A DNA stretch of 64,000 bases from a virus. This document shows, one piece after another, positions 45,258 through 53,150 of this stretch. How positions within the stretch are numbered: the first letter of the stretch is position 1; every line of letters begins with the position of its first letter. A program made the translations under genes and the position numbers. A model generated the notes under the pieces. The model was not told where the DNA came from and made no database searches. It saw only the letters and a program-made list of their open reading frames with translations. The stretch covers positions 46,316 through 110,315 of IMG/VR virus record IMGVR_UViG_3300032326_002451; one strand, written 5' to 3'.

Positions 45258-46601
45258 ATGACAAAAAGAAAGAATCAAATTGTTTGTGTTTTTTGTGGAG
45301 ACAACGCTTCAAGACAAATAGCAGAAAAATTGGAATATTTCTCACCTAAAAACCGTGATGTTTATTTATGCGAAAAGTGTTTTAATAGTTTTTCAGCCGG
45401 GACTGTTATGGGGCAGTTCCAATTAAATAATAAAATTTTATCTTTGATTGCCTCTGTAGATGACGATGAAACAGTTACAAATTTAAAAAATAAAATTGCT
45501 GAATATGCTCCTGCTTCAAAATACTCTGTAGCAAAACAAACTATGTCCAGGGCTAAAATCGCTCCTACAGACATTTATGATTTTTTGTGCACTAATGTTA
45601 TCGGTCAAGAAAATGCAAAGAAGAAAATTTCTCTAACTGTTTATGAGCATGTCAGAAATGCTTATAAATCAGATTTAAATGACAAACATAATATTTTATT
45701 TTTAGGTCCATCTGGCAGTGGAAAAACTTTAATAGTGAATAGCATTGCTAAAAAGTTAGATGTACCATATGTTTCCACCGATGCCACTTCTTTTTCGCCT
45801 ACTGGATTTCAAGGAGCTGATGCAGATACCTGTATACACGACTTGTACTTCAAATCAGATTATGATTCAGATTTAGCTCAAAAGGGTGTAGTGTTCATAG
45901 ATGAGATAGATAAGTTAGCATCTCAGAATACAGGAACAAGATTAGAAAGTTTTAATTATTCAACTCAGAGCACCTTGTTGAAAATGATTGAAGGTAAAAA
46001 AATAAAGATACCTGCCCAGTTGACGGGTGATGCTCCTGGCCCTGTGTATGTTGATACTTCTAAAATATTGTTCTGGTTTGGTGGTGCTTTCAATGGGCTT
46101 GAGAATGTAATAGGTAAAAAACAAGGATTTTCTGGCAAATCAATTGGTTTTAGAAATAATGGTGATGAAGAATACGATATCAAAATGAGAATTTATGATA
46201 TGTATCAAAATCTTTCTCAAGATGTTTTGGCAGAAAGTTTAATCGAATATGGCCTGTCAACTGAACTTGTTGGAAGAATTCAAACTATTGTACCATTGAG
46301 GCCATTAAACAAAGAAGAATTGCTTTCATGCCTTTTGAGTCTTGCAGATAGTCCTATTAGAAAAAATAAAATCATGTTTGCAGAATCTAATTTGGAACTT
46401 GATTTTACTGAAGACTACTATGATGAAGTAATTGAGAAAGCGGTAAAAACTGGTACAGGGGTAAGAGCTTTGAATTCTATTGTTAAGTCTTCTTTGTCCA
46501 GTGCTGCTTTTCAATATTTAGGATTGCAGACAGTCAAGTCAAAGCGAATTATTATCAACAAAGATTGTGTTGATGATCCCAATAAGTTTGATGTCTTTTA
46601 A
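45258..46601 (+). CDS. clpX: ClpX-family AAA+ unfoldase
   Basis: N-terminal C4 Zn domain (CVFCG...LCEKC), VIGQENAK, GPSGSGKT, FIDEIDK, IGF loop, ELVGRI, GTGVRAL. Confidence 0.92.
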   Translation: MTKRKNQIVCVFCGDNASRQIAEKLEYFSPKNRDVYLCEKCFNSFSAGTVMGQFQLNNKILSLIASVDDDETVTNLKNKIAEYAPASKYSVAKQTMSRAKIAPTDIYDFLCTNVIGQENAKKKISLTVYEHVRNAYKSDLNDKHNILFLGPSGSGKTLIVNSIAKKLDVPYVSTDATSFSPTGFQGADADTCIHDLYFKSDYDSDLAQKGVVFIDEIDKLASQNTGTRLESFNYSTQSTLLKMIEGKKIKIPAQLTGDAPGPVYVDTSKILFWFGGAFNGLENVIGKKQGFSGKSIGFRNNGDEEYDIKMRIYDMYQNLSQDVLAESLIEYGLSTELVGRIQTIVPLRPLNKEELLSCLLSLADSPIRKNKIMFAESNLELDFTEDYYDEVIEKAVKTGTGVRALNSIVKSSLSSAAFQYLGLQTVKSKRIIINKDCVDDPNKFDVF

Positions 46602-46633
46602 AGGATTTGCCTACCTTAAATATAAAATATATA
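46600..46633 (+). promoter_or_regulatory. Candidate phage late promoter AAAGGA-N19-AAATATATA
   Basis: Identical boxes and spacing to the 17663-17696 site. Confidence 0.55.
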
Positions 46634-46636
46634 AGT

Positions 46637-47719
46637 ATGCATTATCAAAATCCCGAAAACCTAATACAACAAGCCTTGGAAATTCATAAAGAAAATACAA
46701 GGCTTGTTCGTTTAGCTGCACCACCAGCAGATTATAATTTTTGCGATCAGTGGTTTCAGCTACAAACCAATCCTGAAATGATAAGACTTAAAGCCACATT
46801 AGCTTTTATGCCAGCAAGAGGATTTGTTAGATGGTGGTCAGAGTTATATAATGCTACAGACAGAATTAGAGAAATTAGAAGTATTTTTGATACTGATATA
46901 GTGCCAAATGAAACCTTGAGAGAGTTTGGATTAGATCGAAGCTATGCTAACTTTCCCTTTGATTCCACTCATCCTAATGGCATAGACCCAGCGGTTTGGC
47001 AAAGAATAGATGACAAATTAAATTTATTGTGTCGATATTTATTTGTATGGACATTCCGTGTAGCAATGGCTGGAGATACAGCAAACTACACAAGATTTTT
47101 GAGAGACTATCCCGATCCAAATGTTTCTCAAGCACAACCACTAACACCAGAAATCAAACTTGATCAACTTATAGAAAAGAAAATACCTAATGATTTGTTA
47201 AAAGAATATAAAATTAACAAGCCAAATGCTGCGTATATAGATTCATTGCCATATATAAAAAATGAAGTAACTAAATTCTTTTTAAACTCATTTCCTTTCG
47301 ACCAAGATGGAAATATAGCCAGAAGTCATTTTTTGAAAAAAATGCCAGCCAAGCGTTTTAATTTTGATGAATATTGGAATTCATTGATGGGTATGTATTC
47401 AAATGTTGATGAAATAAGAAATGTACTTGATTCTGATGTTACTTTAGATACTTCATCAGGTGGTCCTGCTGCTTCAAAATTGAAAGAATTAGGAACAATT
47501 TCAGGATCTTCAAATGCAAATGTTGATGATATTCATGCAAAATTAGAGCAATTGATCAATTCTATCAGAGTACATGAAGTTAATAGTTTGAAAGAAAGAT
47601 GGGTGAAAATATTTGGCGGATTGTCAAAAGTTACTAAGCCATTCCTTGATGTATATCAAACATCATTAAATTTGCAAGGAGCATTAGGGTCATCTTTGAG
47701 GAGAGATAGATATGTCTAA
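46637..47719 (+). CDS. Hypothetical helical protein with RLVRLA-A leader (candidate head-internal/ejected protein)
   Basis: ATG 46637 directly after the promoter motif is preferred over TTG 46607. Confidence 0.6.
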   Translation: MHYQNPENLIQQALEIHKENTRLVRLAAPPADYNFCDQWFQLQTNPEMIRLKATLAFMPARGFVRWWSELYNATDRIREIRSIFDTDIVPNETLREFGLDRSYANFPFDSTHPNGIDPAVWQRIDDKLNLLCRYLFVWTFRVAMAGDTANYTRFLRDYPDPNVSQAQPLTPEIKLDQLIEKKIPNDLLKEYKINKPNAAYIDSLPYIKNEVTKFFLNSFPFDQDGNIARSHFLKKMPAKRFNFDEYWNSLMGMYSNVDEIRNVLDSDVTLDTSSGGPAASKLKELGTISGSSNANVDDIHAKLEQLINSIRVHEVNSLKERWVKIFGGLSKVTKPFLDVYQTSLNLQGALGSSLRRDRYV

Positions 47720-48290
47720 ATTTGTAAAAGTTGCAGCACTACCAGCAATTGATTTTTCTAAAATTGCTTTTTCAATGTTCAAGAGCTTTCCAATGATTCA
47801 AAGTGCCTTGAAAACAATGTTCCCTGGTGCAATAAACTGGTTAGATCCTATAGAAGTTACTAATAAATTTCTCCAAGCTTTACAAGATCCAGAGTTCCAA
47901 GATTTGGCTGTTACATTAGCTCAACAATTTATTTCTCATAGGGGTCAAAAATTAAACATAAATGAAAGAGATATGTTTAAGAATTACGACTACTATTATA
48001 AAACCAAAGGCACAGCACTTCCTGGTATGAGCCAAAATCTTATGCCAACTATTGGAGCTGGTGCATATCAAGCAACTACTGGCCAATTGCCAAAAAAAGA
48101 AATTGTTCCAACAAAAAGTTTCAATTCAATCATGAATGAGATCAAGGCTATCACCTCTGAAATTGGTTTTCAAACATTAGATCCAGCTGCAAAAAGAAAA
48201 ATCTTATCAAACAAAATCAGTGAATATACAAGAGAGTTAGCACCTTTCAGAGAATATCTTAAAAAGAACTTCCCAGTCTTTTCAAATTAA
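47712..48290 (+). CDS. Hypothetical protein with MSKFVKVA-A leader
   Basis: Overlaps upstream stop; GAGGAG SD. Confidence 0.65.
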   Translation: MSKFVKVAALPAIDFSKIAFSMFKSFPMIQSALKTMFPGAINWLDPIEVTNKFLQALQDPEFQDLAVTLAQQFISHRGQKLNINERDMFKNYDYYYKTKGTALPGMSQNLMPTIGAGAYQATTGQLPKKEIVPTKSFNSIMNEIKAITSEIGFQTLDPAAKRKILSNKISEYTRELAPFREYLKKNFPVFSN

Positions 48291-48294
48291 TACA

Positions 48295-48987
48295 ATGAAA
48301 ACAGATTATATAAAACTTGCACAATTTTTAGACAAAATTGGAAAATACAAACAAGCTGACAATATTGAGAAATATCTAAAAACAGCTCAATTTTCTGCTC
48401 CAACCTATCAATCTGGTGGGCCTAAAAATCCATACACAGGTTACTTAGATGCTACAGCTATGGGAAGACAACAAGCTGGATTTGGAGCTGGACTTCAACA
48501 AGGCATAGGTAGAGAATCTGGTATTGTTGGATTTTTGCCTTTGACTCCTGATCAGATGCAACAAATGACACCTCAAGATATATTCAATTATAATACTTCT
48601 TTAGGTGAACAACTTGTACAAGATGCTCAGCAATATACAGGGCCAAGTAAATTTCAACAAATTATTACTATGATTGCTCAAAGACTTCAAGCTGCAACCC
48701 CTGAAAACAAATCACAGATATATCAACAATCTTTAGAAGAGTTAATATCATCAGAGTTGAGCAATTTAGTCATGAATGGAACTCCTCAAAACTTAAATCT
48801 TAGTCTGCAAAACTTAAGAATGTTAAATTTGCCAGAAGTTTTTAGTAGAACTGTGCCTCAAGCAATTCAATTTGCTCTACAGTCAATGTCTATGGATGCA
48901 AATCCTGATGTCAAGAAAAGATATAATGATTTTGTTAATGATCCAGTTGTGAGACAATACGCACCAGGCTTTTCTCCAATCCAATAA
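48295..48987 (+). CDS. Q-rich hypothetical protein with IKLAQFLDKIGKYKQADNIEKYLKTAQ leader
   Basis: Clearest example of both leader motifs. Confidence 0.7.
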   Translation: MKTDYIKLAQFLDKIGKYKQADNIEKYLKTAQFSAPTYQSGGPKNPYTGYLDATAMGRQQAGFGAGLQQGIGRESGIVGFLPLTPDQMQQMTPQDIFNYNTSLGEQLVQDAQQYTGPSKFQQIITMIAQRLQAATPENKSQIYQQSLEELISSELSNLVMNGTPQNLNLSLQNLRMLNLPEVFSRTVPQAIQFALQSMSMDANPDVKKRYNDFVNDPVVRQYAPGFSPIQ

Positions 48988-49003
48988 TCAGTATAAATAG
49001 TGT

Positions 49004-49789
49004 ATGACTGAAAAATGCCCTGTTTATCTTGGAAATAATTGCGTATTAAAATCTTTATTTACAAAACAATTTAATTCTAAAATATTTAGTGTTGAATTAA
49101 ATCAATTAGAAGAAAGATATCCATCTAATTGTGAAGGTTTAATATCTAAATGCTGCTTTGCAAAACAAGAAGAAATTCAAGAACATAAAACAGAATCTGA
49201 TTCAAAAGAAACTGTTGAAGAAGTAGCTGAAGAAGTAGCTGAAGAAGTTGTTGAAGAATCACCAAAAGTAAAAGTTAGCATTCACCAGATAGAAAATCCA
49301 TATTTGGTAAAGGCTGATGTCTTAGTTTATCCATCAAATAATGTCCTTACTATTGATGACGCATTATTAAATAGATTGTCATATGGAAAAATACAACAAG
49401 AATGTGACAAAATTAAAAAACCAATTAATATGGGCTCTGTCTATACAACTTCAAATGGTGGGGAAAATTCAAAAGTACAAGCAAAAAAAGTTTACCATGC
49501 TGTTGTAGCTGGCGAATCAAGACTTGTAAATGAAGCTGATATCAAGCTTGCAATTAGAAAAGCTTTACATTTAGCTAACGAATCTAAAGTTCGTAATATT
49601 GTAATGCTGCCGCCTGATTGTGGAACTCATGATATTCAAGATGCTGCAAGGGTTCATCTATCCTCTATTTTAACTTTTATGCAGTCTGAGAAACATATTT
49701 CTTTTAAGAATATTTTCATTGTGATGGAAGACAAGGAATCTTATGATGTCTACAATGAATATTATAAAAGAGTCTTTAAAAGTAGGTGA
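49004..49789 (+). CDS. Macrodomain protein (degenerate) with Cys-rich N-terminus and acidic linker
   Basis: ADVLVYPSN, IQQEC, GSVYTT, AKKVYHAV, RKALHLA, NIVMLP..CGT; lacks GGGV loop. Confidence 0.75.
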   Translation: MTEKCPVYLGNNCVLKSLFTKQFNSKIFSVELNQLEERYPSNCEGLISKCCFAKQEEIQEHKTESDSKETVEEVAEEVAEEVVEESPKVKVSIHQIENPYLVKADVLVYPSNNVLTIDDALLNRLSYGKIQQECDKIKKPINMGSVYTTSNGGENSKVQAKKVYHAVVAGESRLVNEADIKLAIRKALHLANESKVRNIVMLPPDCGTHDIQDAARVHLSSILTFMQSEKHISFKNIFIVMEDKESYDVYNEYYKRVFKSR

Positions 49790-49793
49790 GAGC

Positions 49794-50138
49794 ATGGATA
49801 TAGTGAATGATTTTAAGAATCCATCAAACTTATTGGTAGCATTTTTAGACAGCATAAACAAGCCCTTATGTATTATAGATGATAACGGTAATGCATTGTT
49901 GAATAATCAAGCTAAAGAGTTAAAAAACAGGGGATTTGACATAGATCTTCATTCAAGTAAGATAAAGAAAAATACCACTGCTACTGTCCTACATAAAGGC
50001 ACAAAATATTGTATTGAAAAAAAAGATATCAATCATGGAACAAATAGTTGTGTTTGTACTGTGAGCGAAGAAGATGAAACTATTGCAAGACTGACTGAAT
50101 CTTCTAAAAAATTAAAAAAAGTTCTAAGCGTTTTGTAA
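49794..50138 (+). CDS. PAS-like small protein
   Basis: 'FLDSINKPLCIIDDNG..LLNNQA' typical PAS N-terminal pattern; AGGTGAG SD before 49794. Confidence 0.5.
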   Translation: MDIVNDFKNPSNLLVAFLDSINKPLCIIDDNGNALLNNQAKELKNRGFDIDLHSSKIKKNTTATVLHKGTKYCIEKKDINHGTNSCVCTVSEEDETIARLTESSKKLKKVLSVL

Positions 50139-50160
50139 ATTCTTCTGAAGGGGGTTTATC

Positions 50161-50616
50161 ATGGAAGAAAACGAAATTGGTATAGAACAACTTAAAACTG
50201 TGTACAAAGCACAGACAGAGGCATATTTGGAATTCAATATGGCCTTGATAAATATTCTTTCAAACCAGAAAGAAATTCTCACGAAAGTCGAATCATTAAA
50301 GATTATTTCTGAAGATGAATTCAGAAACTTATCACAAGAATATCATGCTCTTGAAAAATTATTTGTGAATTTTCAAAATAGTCAAGTGCTTAGAGATGAA
50401 TCGTTAGAAGGAACTACTGACGATTTTAAAGCTACCATTACTAATTTCAATGAAGATATTAACTCATTGAAAACAGAAGTTAAGAAGCTTACTTCAATGC
50501 ACTGGGACATCAAAAACTCATGGAATAAATTGGCTTGGACAGTTGGTGGAATTTTAGCTTTTCTAACAGCATTACAAGTTGTAACCGGCAAGGGCTTGAT
50601 TGATATATTTAGATAA
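50161..50616 (+). CDS. Coiled-coil protein with C-terminal membrane anchor (XhlA/holin-like architecture)
   Basis: Heptad-rich body then WNKLAWTVGGILAFLTALQVV; AAGGGGG SD. Confidence 0.55.
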   Translation: MEENEIGIEQLKTVYKAQTEAYLEFNMALINILSNQKEILTKVESLKIISEDEFRNLSQEYHALEKLFVNFQNSQVLRDESLEGTTDDFKATITNFNEDINSLKTEVKKLTSMHWDIKNSWNKLAWTVGGILAFLTALQVVTGKGLIDIFR

Positions 50617-50846
50617 TGCCAACAATAGCTTGTTTGTGTGATAAATGCGGAAAGAGTTTTTATATGAAAGATGAAATGTATCATCCAGCAGCTAAAAACC
50701 CTTTCCGTATGACTAAAAAACAAAAAGAAATTCCAAATACATGGGAAGATTGGATTTTGCATGTCTCATCTAATTGTGAAGAATGTAGATTGCCATACAC
50801 CCCTTCAAGTTGTTTGAAAGATTTGGATAAATTAAGAGGAGGCTAA
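50616..50846 (+). CDS. Small Cys-rich (Zn-binding) protein
   Basis: CLCDKC, CEEC; TAATG-coupled. Confidence 0.55.
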   Translation: MPTIACLCDKCGKSFYMKDEMYHPAAKNPFRMTKKQKEIPNTWEDWILHVSSNCEECRLPYTPSSCLKDLDKLRGG

Positions 50847-51130
50847 GACATATCTGGATGAGACAAATTCTCTTCAAAGCTATTAATGATGCTTCTCAAA
50901 GTTTCGGCGCTTAAACTGCCATTATTATCAAACTTTATATTGTTGTGTTGAGCAAGATCTAAAAATATTCCACCAATAAACTCATTCATTATTTGTTCTG
51001 TATTTATATTAGATTTTGGCTCTTCTTTTGATTCCATGGGTATCTCTGATAAAATATCATCAGCTTCATTTTCCAAGCCCATATCTATCAATTCTTTGGC
51101 TATTTTGATCAAAGCTATTGTATTCATCAT
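50843..51130 (-). CDS. Small protein with LIKIAKELIDMGLENEADDI leader motif
   Basis: Matches the helical-hairpin motif of 48295/42063/32508. Confidence 0.65.
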   Translation of the reverse strand: MMNTIALIKIAKELIDMGLENEADDILSEIPMESKEEPKSNINTEQIMNEFIGGIFLDLAQHNNIKFDNNGSLSAETLRSIINSFEENLSHPDMS

Positions 51131-51430
51131 TTACCCTGTTTTAAAAATATCAGAAAACAATTTGTCTATGTAATCTTTGGAAGCTGTTCTATTATTACTA
51201 TTATGCTTATTACAAAGATTTTTTCCAATAAATGAATTCATCCATGGTTGGTCTTGTGCGTGTTGTAAAATAAATATAGAACCACATTTATTACGGCAGA
51301 ACATACCACCACAGAGAGCACAAGTTGCGGGATATAGCATTGGCTCCCCGCAAACTTCACACAAAGGAGGGGTTTTCTTTCTATTTCTTGGCATGTAGTT
51401 GTTAAGATTTGGATTCACGTCATTTACCAA
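51131..51430 (-). CDS. Zn-finger-like protein
   Basis: CEVC, CALC, CRNKC, LCNKH; start uncertain. Confidence 0.55.
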   Translation of the reverse strand: MVNDVNPNLNNYMPRNRKKTPPLCEVCGEPMLYPATCALCGGMFCRNKCGSIFILQHAQDQPWMNSFIGKNLCNKHNSNNRTASKDYIDKLFSDIFKTG

Positions 51431-51503
51431 CTTTTGATGATATTATCATTAGTTATTAATACATTAAAAATTTCAAGTAATTCCTGCTTGAAACGGAAAG
51501 GAT

Positions 51504-52136
51504 ATGCAAATGATTAATATTTTGAGAATATTAATTGCTTTTATATGCATGCTGATAACAGTAAGCGCAGTAAAAGCTAAAGAAATTAATCAAGACGCTA
51601 AGGCATCCGTGTCAAATAGTGCAAAGGACAAACTTGATAAAAAAGTAAAAATCTTTAAATTTATCAAACTTGTTCAACCAAAATATACTGATTCTTATAT
51701 TCAAAAAATTGTTGATGCAATTTTTAAATATGGCAAGAAATACAATGTCGAACCATATATTATTGCTTCAACTGCTTATGTTGAAAGTGAGTTCAGTATG
51801 AGAAGCAGACCATGTGTCGGCATCATGCAACTTCTTAGATCTTCTATGAAATGGCTTAATCCCAAGAAAGAATATGATCCATATACAATTGATGGAAATA
51901 TTGCTCTTGGAACCAAAGAATTAAGCATGCACATAAATAGAAATGTCAATAGAGGCAATCTTGTTGATAGATCATCTTCTAACGATAGAACTTTGAGATA
52001 CATGTGGGGAAGATACAATGGCGCTGGTTCAAGAAGTTATTATTCTACAAAAACTTTGAAAGTGATGCATACATTAGTTTCAAAAGATTTAGAAGAAATA
52101 AGAGTCAGGTTGAAAAAAGGACCAATCTGGAGATAA
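51504..52136 (+). CDS. Lytic transglycosylase (SLT family) with Sec signal peptide
   Basis: AYVESEF (catalytic Glu), GIMQL, NIALGT, RYNGAG; hydrophobic N-terminus ending SAVKA|KE. Confidence 0.85.
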   Translation: MQMINILRILIAFICMLITVSAVKAKEINQDAKASVSNSAKDKLDKKVKIFKFIKLVQPKYTDSYIQKIVDAIFKYGKKYNVEPYIIASTAYVESEFSMRSRPCVGIMQLLRSSMKWLNPKKEYDPYTIDGNIALGTKELSMHINRNVNRGNLVDRSSSNDRTLRYMWGRYNGAGSRSYYSTKTLKVMHTLVSKDLEEIRVRLKKGPIWR

Positions 52137-52171
52137 AAAAAAGAGGAGAGCAAATGCTCTCCTCTTTTTTT
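52136..52171. terminator. Bidirectional intrinsic terminator
   Basis: AAAAAAAGAGGAGAGCA-aa-TGCTCTCCTCTTTTTTT between convergent genes. Confidence 0.88.
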
Positions 52172-52189
52172 GGTTATAACCAGAAAAGA

Positions 52190-52792
52190 CTAACCACCAC
52201 CAACAGTCATGGTATATCTGTTTTGTGAAGATGGGTATCTTGATATTGCAGTTGTAGCACCACCAGCGTATCCGTAGGAACCTGGTGTATTGATGATATT
52301 CAAGTCACCAATCATTCTGTTCATTTCAAAAGTAACTTTTTGGCACTTGCTTGTCAAGTTAGCATATGAAAGTTTCAAGAATGAAGCTGCTACAGCTTTT
52401 TCAGTTGCAGTCATACCAGAAACTGCAGTTGTATATGCTGAAATAACTGTAGACAAGTTTGATAAGATTGTTGTGAAATCACCAAAAGTATCTGTGTAAT
52501 AAGAGGAAGCTATTGTACCAAGAGGTGAAACACCAACTCTTGCGTCTGTAGGATACTTAGCTGCTGAATTGTAAATTACACTCGAAACGTCGTTTGCGTC
52601 AAGAGCTTGGAATGATGGTTGTCCTGTTGAGATACCAAGACCAACAACAAGATTCTTAAATTCTTGATAATTTACTGTATTATTAAAATAATCTGATCCT
52701 GGGTCGTTTGTAAAGGCAATACCGCCTCTTGCAGCAGCTGTTACTCCTGCCCCGCCTAATACTGGATACAAACTTGATGGATAGGTTGGCAT
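52190..52792 (-). CDS. Putative virion structural protein
   Basis: G/A/T/S/Y-rich; TAAGGAG SD; late-type motif upstream. Confidence 0.55.
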   Translation of the reverse strand: MPTYPSSLYPVLGGAGVTAAARGGIAFTNDPGSDYFNNTVNYQEFKNLVVGLGISTGQPSFQALDANDVSSVIYNSAAKYPTDARVGVSPLGTIASSYYTDTFGDFTTILSNLSTVISAYTTAVSGMTATEKAVAASFLKLSYANLTSKCQKVTFEMNRMIGDLNIINTPGSYGYAGGATTAISRYPSSQNRYTMTVGGG

Positions 52793-52957
52793 TTTAAAAA
52801 CTCCTTAAACCTTTTTATAATATTTCTTCGAAGAAAACATTGTAAAACTTTTTTTGTTTTCATATATCCTATTATTACAATTCCTTTTTTCCACCTGCAA
52901 AAAGCCTGTTTTGTGTGATGTTGCAATGTACAAAGATAATGTAATAAAAGTTTATAT

Positions 52958-52991
52958 TTATGATTTTCTGTAAAAGAAATCGATGTCCTTT
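52958..52991 (-). promoter_or_regulatory. Candidate phage late promoter AAAGGA-N19-AAATCATAA
   Basis: Motif match in the divergent intergenic region. Confidence 0.45.
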
Positions 52992-53150
52992 ATATTCTTA
53001 TTTATGTGCAAAACATTTTGTGATTAGCTTTATAGAAAGAAAAAAGGATTGAAATATAGAACAATATTAAAGATTCTTTTTAATTCCACTCGTGAATTTG
53101 AGCCTGATCGAATATTGTTTTTTATGTGTTATTGGAAGTAAAAAAATAAG

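Noticed and set aside
9752-46601. Interpretation as a bacterial chromosome because of dnaK/dnaJ/clpX/gyrAB/lepB
   Set aside because: Genes are divergent, lack usual neighbours (grpE, hrcA, clpP, tig, dnaA/recF) and are interleaved with giant phage-type fibre genes.
49215-49258. GAAGAAGTAGCT tandem repeat
   Set aside because: Simple EEVA linker expansion within the macrodomain gene.
52793-53150. Largest intergenic region as a tRNA/ncRNA or origin
   Set aside because: No cloverleaf, T-loop motif, strong stem or iterons visible; explained by divergent promoters and leaders.
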